In this document: positions 18,738 to 27,399 of the stretch, in pieces
How the letters are laid out: each line of letters starts with the position of its first letter
Position numbering within the stretch: position 1 is the first letter of the stretch
Notes under the pieces: generated by a model
What the model was told of the DNA's origin: nothing
Seen by the model: only the letters and a program-made list of their open reading frames with translations
Database searches by the model: none
Translations under genes and position numbers: made by a program
Assembly: GCF_036323395.1 (NCBI RefSeq)
Contig: NZ_AP028907.1
Location: 960,001-992,000, forward strand
Direction of reading: 5' to 3'
DNA length: 32,000 nt
DNA from: Pyrodictium abyssi
GTDB lineage: Archaea > Thermoproteota > Thermoprotei_A > Sulfolobales > Pyrodictiaceae

Positions 18738-19682
18738 ATGAGAATGGCGCCAGTAATACCGCGTAGAAGGCCAGAGGGTATAAGGTGGCTCAGAAGCGAT
18801 GGCACGCCGAACTTCAGCGACCGTATACACAGGAGTGAGGGCGATGCCAAGATACTCGCCAAGCGCCCAGTATACACGGTCACCAGGACTACTACCATAC
18901 TCGGTCTCGCCGAGGGCATGAGCCGGTACAACGTAAGGGCTATGCCGGTGGTTGTGCCAAACCAGGACAAGCTAGAGGGTATAGTGACAGCAATGGATCT
19001 TGTGAGCTACCTAGGCGGAGGCGAACTATACAACATAGTCGTCAACCGGCACAAAGGGAACATATACTCCGCCCTCCTCAAGGAGCACGTATCATCAATA
19101 ATGAATCCGAACCCAGTCTATGTGACTGTTGCAGAGAAGCTTCCCAAGATACTGGAGATAATGGTAACTAAGAACGTTGGCGTTGTCCCGGTAGTATTCG
19201 AGGATGGAACCCTATGGGGCATAATAACAGAGCATGACATAGTGGAACACCTGGCTGAGAAGACCGTGGGCCGCAAAGTCTCAGAAGTAATGACCAGCAA
19301 TGTGATAACCATAGACGCAAGTGCAACCATAAAGGAAGCCGCAGAGATGATGATAAGATATGGTGTGAGACGTCTACCAATAATAGAGGACGGCGCTATC
19401 TGGGGCATGATAACGGCCAAGGACATAGTAAGGTTCTTCGGAAGCCACGACGTCTTCAGGTTCACCGAGACAGACAGCATGGAGGAGGCGCTAAAAGCCC
19501 CCGTGAAGCTAGTCGGCCTCAGCGGCTACGTAACCATAGACCCCGACGCCGATGTAGGCGAAGCAGCCACGCTAATGAAGGAAAAGGGTGTAAGCAGCCT
19601 ACTCGTTGTAAAGGATGGGCAGCTCGCCGGCATCATTACTGAAAGGGACGTGCTCTACGCACTGGCGACGTCGCCGCCGTAA
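18738..19682 (+). CDS. CBS-domain protein 3 (about four CBS motifs)
   Basis: ILAKRPVYTVTRTTTILGLAEGMSRYNVRAMPVVVPNQDKLEGIVTAMDLVSY..., four repeated CBS units to the C-terminus. Confidence 0.92.
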   Translation: MRMAPVIPRRRPEGIRWLRSDGTPNFSDRIHRSEGDAKILAKRPVYTVTRTTTILGLAEGMSRYNVRAMPVVVPNQDKLEGIVTAMDLVSYLGGGELYNIVVNRHKGNIYSALLKEHVSSIMNPNPVYVTVAEKLPKILEIMVTKNVGVVPVVFEDGTLWGIITEHDIVEHLAEKTVGRKVSEVMTSNVITIDASATIKEAAEMMIRYGVRRLPIIEDGAIWGMITAKDIVRFFGSHDVFRFTETDSMEEALKAPVKLVGLSGYVTIDPDADVGEAATLMKEKGVSSLLVVKDGQLAGIITERDVLYALATSPP

Positions 19683-19819
19683 GCTCTCCTACACCCTGGC
19701 TGTTACCCTAATAGCCGCCCAGGTAGTACCAGAGGCTGCTCCTCTCATGCTCCGATTTTTCCAGGCCGTGTTGCTAGAGTTCATGTCTCTTCACACACGT
19801 GCAGAGGGATGAACCAGAC

Positions 19820-20665
19820 ATGAAGTATCCACGTATAGAAGAATACATGTCTTCACCCGTGGTAGTAGTTAGCCCGAACGATAGCCTCGCTCGTGCCAGA
19901 AGGCTCATGATAAGGTACCGTATAGGCAGGCTGGTCATAGTTGATGAGCAGGATAGGCCTATAGGCATGTTGACTAAGTCTGACTTCCTCCGCTTGGCCT
20001 CGGGGCAGCTCACTCGCCGCCCCCTAGAGTCCATAATAGTAAAGGAGATCATGAGCGATAATCCTGTGGTTGTTCGGTCAGACCGGTCGCTAAGGGAAGC
20101 TGCGAGGCTAATGCTGCAGCACAATATAGGCGGGTTGCCCGTGGTGGACGAAAACGGCAGACTAGTTGGAATGATAACTAAGACCGATGTTGTGAGGGCT
20201 TATGCCGAGAAGCTGCGCGGAAAGTACATGGTCAAGGAGTATATGTATAGTGATGCGCCCCAGGCGTCGCCCAGCCATAGCGTGGCGTACGTGGTAGAGC
20301 TGCTGGAGAATCACCCGTCTCGCCGCGTACTAGTCGTTGATGGGAATGAGCTCGTGGGCATAGTAGCGCCGAGCGACATAGCCTTCATAAACTATATGCC
20401 GAGCATTTCTAAGGGTAAGAAGACCTCCAGAAGGTTCGCCGAGCTCCCGAAGGGGCGTATAGGCCCTGTCTACGAGTACTTGCTCCCAACGGCCCAGGAC
20501 ATAATGACCCCTGACCCGATAACCGTCGGCCCCGACGAGGACCTGGCGACAGCGGCACAGCTGATGATAAGGCATGGGTTTAGCTCGGTCCCAGTGGTTG
20601 ATGATGGAACCCCGCTGGGAGTCGTGGTTAAGCATAATATTCTGAGGGCGATATCAGAGACATAA
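19820..20665 (+). CDS. CBS-domain protein 4 (about four CBS motifs)
   Basis: IEEYMSSPVVVVSPNDSLARARRLMIRYRIGRLVIVDEQDRPIGMLTKSDFLR... four units; ATG at 19820 preferred over track start 19799. Confidence 0.92.
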   Translation: MKYPRIEEYMSSPVVVVSPNDSLARARRLMIRYRIGRLVIVDEQDRPIGMLTKSDFLRLASGQLTRRPLESIIVKEIMSDNPVVVRSDRSLREAARLMLQHNIGGLPVVDENGRLVGMITKTDVVRAYAEKLRGKYMVKEYMYSDAPQASPSHSVAYVVELLENHPSRRVLVVDGNELVGIVAPSDIAFINYMPSISKGKKTSRRFAELPKGRIGPVYEYLLPTAQDIMTPDPITVGPDEDLATAAQLMIRHGFSSVPVVDDGTPLGVVVKHNILRAISET

Positions 20666-20723
20666 CTACGGGTGTCCTTGGAACCGCGAAGCCAAGGGAA
20701 CCCGGAAGGGAGGTGTAGACGCC

Positions 20724-21536
20724 ATGGCCGTGGCCAGGAAGGCCCGGGACATAATGCAGACAGACTACCCGGCTGTAGACAAGGATGAGACACTCGAGCA
20801 TGCTGTGCGCGTCATGAAGAAGTACGATAGCGACCGCGTGCTAGCTTTCGAGGATGAGAGACTCGTAGGTATAATGACTAAGAAGGACATAATGATTAAG
20901 CTGGCTACGACTCGTACCTGGAACGTGGCAATCGGTAGAATGCACGTGTCGAGCTTCATGACGCCCGACCCCAAGACTGTGGAGCCCGAGACAGATGTGG
21001 GTGTGGTTGCCCAGCGCATGGTGGACGAGAATGTAGGGAGCTTCCCGGTAGCCGAGAACGGGAAGGTTGTTGGCCTAGTGACGCGCTGGGAGATAGCCAA
21101 CCTAGCTGGGGAGGTAGGAGCCGACGTTAAGGCGGTAGATGTGATGGTCACTGTGCCAGAGGTACTAAGGACCACTAACAAGGTGCTGCATGCTAGGCAG
21201 CTCCTGCTACGCTACAATGTGCTCTTCCTACCAGTGCTGGACGAGGAAGGCCGGCTGGTGGGCTACATAACCGTTGACGAGATTGCTGACGCTTTCCTGG
21301 CATTCCACGATATAGTGCCAGAGAAGTATCGCAAGGAGCGTATAGAGCACCTCCTGGTGGACGACATAATGAGGCTACGCCCGCCAACGGTGACGCCGGA
21401 CAGCAGTGTAGCCGAGGTACTGGACAAGATGAAGGTGAAGAAGTCTAAGGGCGTAGTAGTAGTGCATGAGGGCAAGCTGGTAGGCATAATAACGCTTAAT
21501 GAGCTAGTCAAGCTAGTAGCGATGAGAAGCCAGTAG
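20724..21536 (+). CDS. CBS-domain protein 5 (about four CBS motifs)
   Basis: ARDIMQTDYPAVDKDETLEHAVRVMKKYDSDRVLAFEDERLVGIMTKKDIM ... VDDIMRLRPPTVTPDSSVAEVLDKMKVKKSKGVVVVHEGKLVGIITLNELVKL. Confidence 0.92.
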   Translation: MAVARKARDIMQTDYPAVDKDETLEHAVRVMKKYDSDRVLAFEDERLVGIMTKKDIMIKLATTRTWNVAIGRMHVSSFMTPDPKTVEPETDVGVVAQRMVDENVGSFPVAENGKVVGLVTRWEIANLAGEVGADVKAVDVMVTVPEVLRTTNKVLHARQLLLRYNVLFLPVLDEEGRLVGYITVDEIADAFLAFHDIVPEKYRKERIEHLLVDDIMRLRPPTVTPDSSVAEVLDKMKVKKSKGVVVVHEGKLVGIITLNELVKLVAMRSQ

Positions 21537-21683
21537 ATCCTCTCATGCCCGTGGCCATTCTTTCTCTTTAGCCCCTCCGGGCCAGCGGGTTTGAGCTGCG
21601 GCAGGCTGCGTATAAGAGGGGTTTCCCTGCCTACCTCAGTTCTTTTGGGCTAAAGGGAGGCAACGGGGAGGCGGCGTAGCCCC

Positions 21684-22208
21684 TTGTCGCCAAGGCTTGA
21701 GGCTAGGCTGAGAGCTGCTAGGTTCATAGTGGACTCTATGCTGGGGAGTTTAGCGAGATGGCTGAGGATGATAGGCTGTGACACGGTGTACGCTAAGGGG
21801 TGGCATGACTCGCGGATAATCGAGGAGGCGGGGAACTCCCGCCGGATAATAGTCACGAGGGACCGTGGCCTCTTCAACAGGGCGCGGCGGCGCGGCCTAG
21901 ACGCAGTGCTCGTGAGCGACGACGTTGCCAGGGCTCTGGCTGTCCTCAGTCTCCGGTACGGCATCCCCCTCGAGATAGTACCGGAGCGGAGCCGCTGCCC
22001 GGTCTGTAACAGCCCGCTCCGCAGCGCCTCGAAGGAGGAGGTCAAGGGCAGGGTGCCGCCCAGGGTCTACGAGGCCTACGACGAGTTCTGGGTATGCACG
22101 GGCTGCAGCCAGGTGTACTGGCGCGGGGGCCACTGGAGGGGTATAGAGGAGACCCTCCGTGAGGCCCGCCGGTGGGCTGAGAAGCTCCGCTCCAAGAGGC
22201 GGCGGTGA
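21684..22208 (+). CDS. Mut7-C RNase-domain protein (PIN-like plus zinc ribbon)
   Basis: FIVDSMLGSLARWLRMIGCDTVYAKGWHDSRIIEEAGNSRRIIVTRDRGLFNRARRRGLDAVLV...CPVCNSPL...WVCTGCSQVYWRGGHW. Confidence 0.88.
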   Translation: MSPRLEARLRAARFIVDSMLGSLARWLRMIGCDTVYAKGWHDSRIIEEAGNSRRIIVTRDRGLFNRARRRGLDAVLVSDDVARALAVLSLRYGIPLEIVPERSRCPVCNSPLRSASKEEVKGRVPPRVYEAYDEFWVCTGCSQVYWRGGHWRGIEETLREARRWAEKLRSKRRR

Positions 22209-22504
22209 GCGATCGAGGGCCTCAGCACCAGGGATGGGGCTCAGCCGCGTCTGCAGTCTGCATCCCGCCGCTGTGGCTAGAGCAGCGCCGGCGCCGGTTT
22301 ATTAGCTAGCCGCGGTCCCTGGTGTAAGAGTGGGTGGGCCTGCACGACCCCTGGAGCGGCTCCAGGCTCTAAGGGCCGCCGCGACCCCAGGTAGCGGTTT
22401 TGAGGCGCCTACAGGGCTCTATGTGCTCGGTATTTACTCCGTGGTGTGTGGCTGGGAGAAGCCCTCTAGGCAGAGGATGGTAGCCCTCTGGAGTGTGGAG
22501 CGAG

Positions 22505-23242
22505 ATGCCGGACATACTCAATGCTACTGCGGCGTTCTTCGCCGATTATGGTACGATAGTGGGCGCGTTCTTCATAGCGCTTGTGAGCAACGCTATACCC
22601 TATATGACGGTCCCTTACCTGATAATCATCGCCGGGTACGGTGCAGCGCTCACGAATACTCTTGACAAGCTGCTGGTTGCTATAGCGGGTGGCGTGGGCG
22701 CGGGCCTGGGCAAGGTAGTGGTCTACCTGCTAGGCCGCGGCGTGCACAGTATACTGCCCGAGCATACTAGGGAGAACGTGGAGCTGTTCGCGAAGGCCTT
22801 CCGCCGCGGCGTGTTCATCGCGGTCTTCCTGTTCGCCGCGCTCCCTCTGCCCGACGATATACTCTACATACCCGTGGGCATGACGGGCTATAGCCCGGTA
22901 CTCTTCTTCATAGCGGTGACGCTCGGCAAGATAGTGATAACCTCTCTCGCGGTGCTCTTCGGCGACGTGGTGGCGTCGCTAGTAGGCTCTGGGCAGGGCG
23001 GCTTCGACCCTAGAGTTGTAGCGGGCCTGATCATAGGCAGTATAATAGTCACCATCATAGTGGCTAGGATGAACTGGAAGCGTGTCATAGAAGTCTACAA
23101 CGAGGAGGGCCCAGTCCTCGCCCTCGTAGAGATGATAAAGCAGGTATTCCTGGCTATGCTCCCCTCCTCTGCAGCCAAGAAGGTCGAGAGCAAGATAGAT
23201 AGTCTAATAGATAGTCTAGTAAGAGCACTGCGGAGCCGATAA
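22505..23242 (+). CDS. DedA/SNARE-associated (VTT) family membrane protein
   Basis: Multiple hydrophobic helices; KAFRRGVFIAVFLFAALPLPDDILYIPVGMTGYSPVLFFIAVTLGKIVI matches the VTT/DedA layout. Start 22505 ATG or 22493 GTG. Confidence 0.75.
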   Translation: MPDILNATAAFFADYGTIVGAFFIALVSNAIPYMTVPYLIIIAGYGAALTNTLDKLLVAIAGGVGAGLGKVVVYLLGRGVHSILPEHTRENVELFAKAFRRGVFIAVFLFAALPLPDDILYIPVGMTGYSPVLFFIAVTLGKIVITSLAVLFGDVVASLVGSGQGGFDPRVVAGLIIGSIIVTIIVARMNWKRVIEVYNEEGPVLALVEMIKQVFLAMLPSSAAKKVESKIDSLIDSLVRALRSR

Positions 23243-23903
23243 CCAGCAGCGTAGGGGCCAAAGAGGAGGACGCACCCCTCTTTTCCGCCCCGCTTTGGGG
23301 CCTTGCGGCGGAAATGCCAGCATCTACGCCAGTAACCTGTGCCTGCTTCATAGCCGTCGGCGCGGCTACTGGCACGGCGCCGGCTCTAGGCGGCTCTCCG
23401 GGGTTTGGCTCGGGGTTTAGAAGGTGTAGCGGGTCCACAATGGTGTCCGCTTGGCTGCTCCTGCGGAGTGTCTGCTCCTGGCTAGGGGTAGTGTTAGCGC
23501 TGCTAGTGTCTCCCCCGGGGGGCGGGCTCTTAGCCAGCTCCGGGGGTGCGACGCGTAGCACGGCTCTGCAGCCGGCCGTGTCTACTACCAGTTCTAGCCC
23601 GGTGTTGAGCGGCAGAGCCGTGGCCGTGTAGGCTCTGAGGCATGTATCGTTGAGCTGCTCTACCTGGAGCGGGACGATATAGGCGTGCGCTTCGCTGAGT
23701 CTTGCCTCGACGTGTGTAGCGGTGCTGGGGCCTAGGCATATGGTGATGGCTGCCCGGTAGCCGGTGGCTACGCCGGGTAGGGGCTCAACTAGCTCGGCAA
23801 CGGCTGTGGCTTGTAGGCTGCAGGTGGAGTTGTCTATGCTCACTGCAACCGGGGCTAGCGCGTAGAGGAGTACCGCGAGGTGTAGTACAGCGGTCGCCTC
23901 CAT
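23154..23903 (-). CDS. Putative secreted/membrane-anchored protein with signal peptide and Pro/Gly-rich linker
   Basis: From ATG 23903: MEATAVLHLAVLLYALAPVAVSIDNSTCSLQATAV... with hydrophobic N- and C-terminal segments (LAPTLLVIGSAVLLLDYLLDYL). No family recognised. Confidence 0.45.
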   Translation of the reverse strand: MEATAVLHLAVLLYALAPVAVSIDNSTCSLQATAVAELVEPLPGVATGYRAAITICLGPSTATHVEARLSEAHAYIVPLQVEQLNDTCLRAYTATALPLNTGLELVVDTAGCRAVLRVAPPELAKSPPPGGDTSSANTTPSQEQTLRRSSQADTIVDPLHLLNPEPNPGEPPRAGAVPVAAPTAMKQAQVTGVDAGISAARPQSGAEKRGASSSLAPTLLVIGSAVLLLDYLLDYLSCSRPSWLQRRGA

Positions 23904-23959
23904 AGCGGCTCTTCCTTCGCGCCCCGGTAAGAGTGCAGGTGAGGTGGTCCCGCGGTATA

Positions 23960-26164
23960 TTATGCTAGCCTGTTGTGCTGCATCGCGGCGAGCTGCTCTA
24001 GCACCCGGCGTAGACTCTCCCGGGCCTCCTGGAGGGATACGCGGAGCCCGGCAGCTATGTCGCTCATGGTCTTGCCCTGGAGCACCCGCGCGGCCACGAT
24101 CCAGCGGTCCTTCTCCTCGAAGGGCTCCCGGAGCCCGCCGCTGGCCAGCACGTGGTTGACCAGTAGTAGCCACAGCACGTCGAGCACAGCCTCTACGTCT
24201 AGCTGGCCCTCGAGGGCCCGGCTTAGGCGGTGCCGCTGTTCCTCGGTGAGGCCTGCTAGCGGCTGCTGGGCTAGCTCCGGGGCGCCCTCGAGGACGGCTG
24301 CGTAGGCCTCGGCTGTGAGGCCCCGGTAGAGGCTGTGCCCGGCTAGGAGTAGCTTCCGCAGCGTATCCCGCGCAGCGGTTAGGACCACCTCTTCGCCGAG
24401 GCCGGATAGGGGCCTGGCCACGGCTATGTTGTGCTCTCCGGTCGCCTTGCTGGGCAGCGGCGACACGTAGACCACGTAGAAGCCGTTGCGGCGCCAGAAG
24501 CCGAGCACATCCGGCTGCCCGAAGACGGCACCCAGCCAGTCCAGCCCCATGCCACGGGCCTGCTCCTCCACGTAGCCTAGTAGGCGGGTGCCTAGCCCGC
24601 GGCGCTGTAGCCCGGGGTGCACAGCTATCCTGACCACGCGTAGGCCCCGGGCCCTGGTGGCGCTTGGCGACGCTTGCGCCAGGAGGTCCGGCATTATCCG
24701 GGCCTCGTAGGCGGTGTCCCAGTCCTCCAGGGAGGCGTCTACGACGGCCACGGGCGTGTCGTCGGCTAGGAGCGCGTAGAGACGGTGGTGCGGGGCATCG
24801 AGGATGAGCGCCAGGTCGTCCGGCTCGTTCCGGTAGTGGGCCTGCACCAGTATCCCGTAGACCCGCGACAACAGCGTGTAGTCGTCCGCCAGCTTCACCC
24901 GGTCCAGCTCGAGGGCCTCGAGCCTCCCTGGGGGCCAGCGCGGCGGCGGGGGAGCCTCGGCCCGGAGCATGAACGTCTCATAGAGCCACTCCTCCAGGGG
25001 GTCGCCCGGCGGGTAGCGGACCGGGTGCTCCAGCCATACCACGAGCCGGGGCTCCGGCAGTATCGCCTCCACCATCTTCGCGAGTACCCGGCCGCTCCCC
25101 TCGTAGCCGTGTATCGTCGTGGCTGCTAGCAGCCTGGGGCTGCGGGATGCGAGGCGCCTCAGCCTCATCGGCCCGAGCGCCGCGGCCTCGTCCACTATGG
25201 TGAAGGCGCCTGGCTCCACGCGGTCCGGGGTATGGTAGCGGAAGTGGAACCAGGGCCCCGCGACGCCGAGCACGAGGCCGCCGCGCTCCATGGTCCAGTG
25301 GCGTACCCCGAGCCTGGCCAGCGCCGCGCCGAGTACCCGGAAGAACCCCTGTACGCTCCCGGGGCTCGGCGCGGTGACGGGGACGAAGCCGACCATGTGG
25401 CTAGCCGCGAGGTAGGCTGCTACCAGGCCTAGTAGCCCCGACTTGCCCCGGCCACGGTCCCCGGTGACGAGCACGCTGCGGCCTCTCCTACGGATGTGGA
25501 GGACTATCTCGTCCAGCGCGCGGGCCTGGTCGAGAGTGGCGGCCGCCTCTAGAAGGCGGCGGTGGACCGGGCTACGGGCCCGGTAGCTCTCGGGGCCCGG
25601 CGGCGCCTGGGCCCGGCCCGGCGGCAGCGCCTGCCGGTACACGATGCTGGCGTCGTAGTCGGCCCAGAACAGCGCCCTCGCGGCGCCTAGCCTGTTGACC
25701 AGGTAGCGGCGGTAGGCGCCTATGCTCTCGTCTCCGCCGGGCCTCCACTCCCCCAGAGGCGGCACGGCCAGCGCTACCACGCCGCCGCCACGCACGGTCT
25801 CAGCAGCAGCGGCCAGCAGGTTGGGCCGCAGGAGCCGCGGCACGACGAGGACTACGGCGCTGTTCTCGGTCCCGAGCAGCCGGTCTATTGCGCCCGGGCT
25901 CTCGAGCCTGCTGCAGTCGCCCCGGAGGGGCTCCCGGGCCTCGCGGGGCGCTATGCAGAGCACGTCGCCGTACACGTCGCGGAGGATGCGCGCTAGCAGG
26001 CTCCCCGCGTAGACCGGTGAGACGGAGTGGAGCACCACCAGGCCACGGTACCCGCCGGTGGCCTGTAGCTCCTCTAGCCAGCTCCGGAGCGCTGCAGTGA
26101 TACCGGCCACTGTCCTCTGCCCCAGGGGCCGTGGAGGGCTCTCGGCATAATAGCCTCGGCTCAT
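23960..26164 (-). CDS. tmcA: tRNA(Met) cytidine acetyltransferase TmcA (NAT10/Kre33 family)
   Basis: ORF 734 aa; helicase Walker A VTGDRGRGKSGLLGLVAAYLA, DEAAALGPMRLRRL, GNAT segment VRIAVHPGLQRRGLGTRLLGYVEEQA, WLGAVFGQPDVLGFWRRNGF. Confidence 0.92.
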   Translation of the reverse strand: MSRGYYAESPPRPLGQRTVAGITAALRSWLEELQATGGYRGLVVLHSVSPVYAGSLLARILRDVYGDVLCIAPREAREPLRGDCSRLESPGAIDRLLGTENSAVVLVVPRLLRPNLLAAAAETVRGGGVVALAVPPLGEWRPGGDESIGAYRRYLVNRLGAARALFWADYDASIVYRQALPPGRAQAPPGPESYRARSPVHRRLLEAAATLDQARALDEIVLHIRRRGRSVLVTGDRGRGKSGLLGLVAAYLAASHMVGFVPVTAPSPGSVQGFFRVLGAALARLGVRHWTMERGGLVLGVAGPWFHFRYHTPDRVEPGAFTIVDEAAALGPMRLRRLASRSPRLLAATTIHGYEGSGRVLAKMVEAILPEPRLVVWLEHPVRYPPGDPLEEWLYETFMLRAEAPPPPRWPPGRLEALELDRVKLADDYTLLSRVYGILVQAHYRNEPDDLALILDAPHHRLYALLADDTPVAVVDASLEDWDTAYEARIMPDLLAQASPSATRARGLRVVRIAVHPGLQRRGLGTRLLGYVEEQARGMGLDWLGAVFGQPDVLGFWRRNGFYVVYVSPLPSKATGEHNIAVARPLSGLGEEVVLTAARDTLRKLLLAGHSLYRGLTAEAYAAVLEGAPELAQQPLAGLTEEQRHRLSRALEGQLDVEAVLDVLWLLLVNHVLASGGLREPFEEKDRWIVAARVLQGKTMSDIAAGLRVSLQEARESLRRVLEQLAAMQHNRLA

Positions 26165-26194
26165 GCCTTCCTAGTGTGTGGAGGCAGCGCTGCT

Positions 26195-27307
26195 ATGCAG
26201 GCCGAGCTAGAGGTGTTCTTCAGGCTCCTCAAGAGGCTCTCCGACGCCTTCGGCGTGTCGGGCTACGAGGACGAGGTAAGAGGCATAGTCATAGACGAGC
26301 TGCGCGAGGCGGCCGACGAGCTACGCGTCGACAAGCTCGGCAACGTCATAGCTGTGAAGAAGGGCGAGCGCGGCGGCATCAAGGTCCTCTGGGACAGCCA
26401 CATGGACGAGATAGGCTTCTTCGTTAAGAGCATCGATGACCGGGGCTTCATCTACCTCTCCCCGGTCGGCGGCTGGAGCGAGCGCGTGCTGCCGGGCCAG
26501 AGGGTCCGGATACTCACCGACGACGGCCGCATAGTCCGCGGCGTCATAGGGATAAAGCCGCCGCACCTAATGAAGCCCGAAGAGAGGAACCAGGTAGTCC
26601 CGCTCGACAGGCTCTTCGTCGACATAGGCGCGTCGAGCCGCGAGGAGGTCGAGCGCGCCGGGATCCGGGTCGGCAGCCCGGTTGACCTGGACCGCGAGGC
26701 TATGATGCTGCTGGGCGACCGGGTGACCGGCAAGGCCTTCGACGACAGGGTAGGCGTGGCCGTGCTGATAAAGGCGTTCAAGGAGATAGACGGGTTCGAG
26801 CCCACGGTGTACCTGGTGGCCGCCGTCCAGGAGGAGGTCGGGCTGAAAGGCGCCCGCGTCGCAGCCCAGCAGATCGGCCCCGACGCGGCGATAGCGGTGG
26901 ACGTGACCACGGCTAACGACGTGCCGGGCGTGGAGCCGAAGGACCAGGTGGCCAGGCTCGGCGGCGGCCCCGTGATCAAGGTGGCTGACGGCAGGAACGC
27001 GTCCGGGCTGATAGCCCACCCGAAGATGCTCCGCCTGCTCATAGAGGCGGCGCGGAGCGAGGGCATACCCCACCAGCTCAGCATACTACCCGGAGGCACC
27101 ACGGACGCGACAACGATAGCCCTCACCGGCGAGGGCGTGCCGAGCGCAGTGGTAGCGGTGCCCACGCGCTACATACACAGCCCGGTAGAGCTGCTAAGCC
27201 TAGGCGACGCCGTCAACGCCGCCCGGCTGGTCATGGCGGCGACCCGGCGCATGACCCGGGAGTGGTACGAGCGCGAGATACTCTGGGGCGCCCGGCTCAA
27301 GGCCTAG
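26195..27307 (+). CDS. M42-family aminopeptidase/endoglucanase-like protein
   Basis: FGVSGYEDEVRGIV...DKLGNVIAVKKG...VLWDSHMDEIGFFV...GKAFDDRVGVAVLIKAF...AAVQEEVGLKGARVAA. Start at ATG 26195 preferred over track start 26174. Confidence 0.92.
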   Translation: MQAELEVFFRLLKRLSDAFGVSGYEDEVRGIVIDELREAADELRVDKLGNVIAVKKGERGGIKVLWDSHMDEIGFFVKSIDDRGFIYLSPVGGWSERVLPGQRVRILTDDGRIVRGVIGIKPPHLMKPEERNQVVPLDRLFVDIGASSREEVERAGIRVGSPVDLDREAMMLLGDRVTGKAFDDRVGVAVLIKAFKEIDGFEPTVYLVAAVQEEVGLKGARVAAQQIGPDAAIAVDVTTANDVPGVEPKDQVARLGGGPVIKVADGRNASGLIAHPKMLRLLIEAARSEGIPHQLSILPGGTTDATTIALTGEGVPSAVVAVPTRYIHSPVELLSLGDAVNAARLVMAATRRMTREWYEREILWGARLKA

Positions 27308-27399
27308 CCCCGCGGAGCCGGCGCCGCCCCCGCGTAGCGCCCGCCGGTTTTCCGTGCAGCCGGGGCCACTCTCCCCTCTGGTAGGAGGCAGGGCCAGTC

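Noticed and set aside
17180-21536. CBS genes as part of an ABC transporter, IMPDH or chloride channel operon
   Set aside because: No transporter, IMPDH or channel ORF was recognised among the five genes; downstream is a Mut7-C protein.
22330-22665. 111-aa plus ORF MGGPARPLERLQALRAAATPGSGFEAPTGLYVLGIYSV...
   Set aside because: Overlaps the DedA-like start in another frame and has no family resemblance.
24785-25129. Plus ORFs antisense to tmcA (for example 114 aa, 110 aa, 96 aa)
   Set aside because: Low-complexity GC-rich antisense frames over a well-supported conserved protein.
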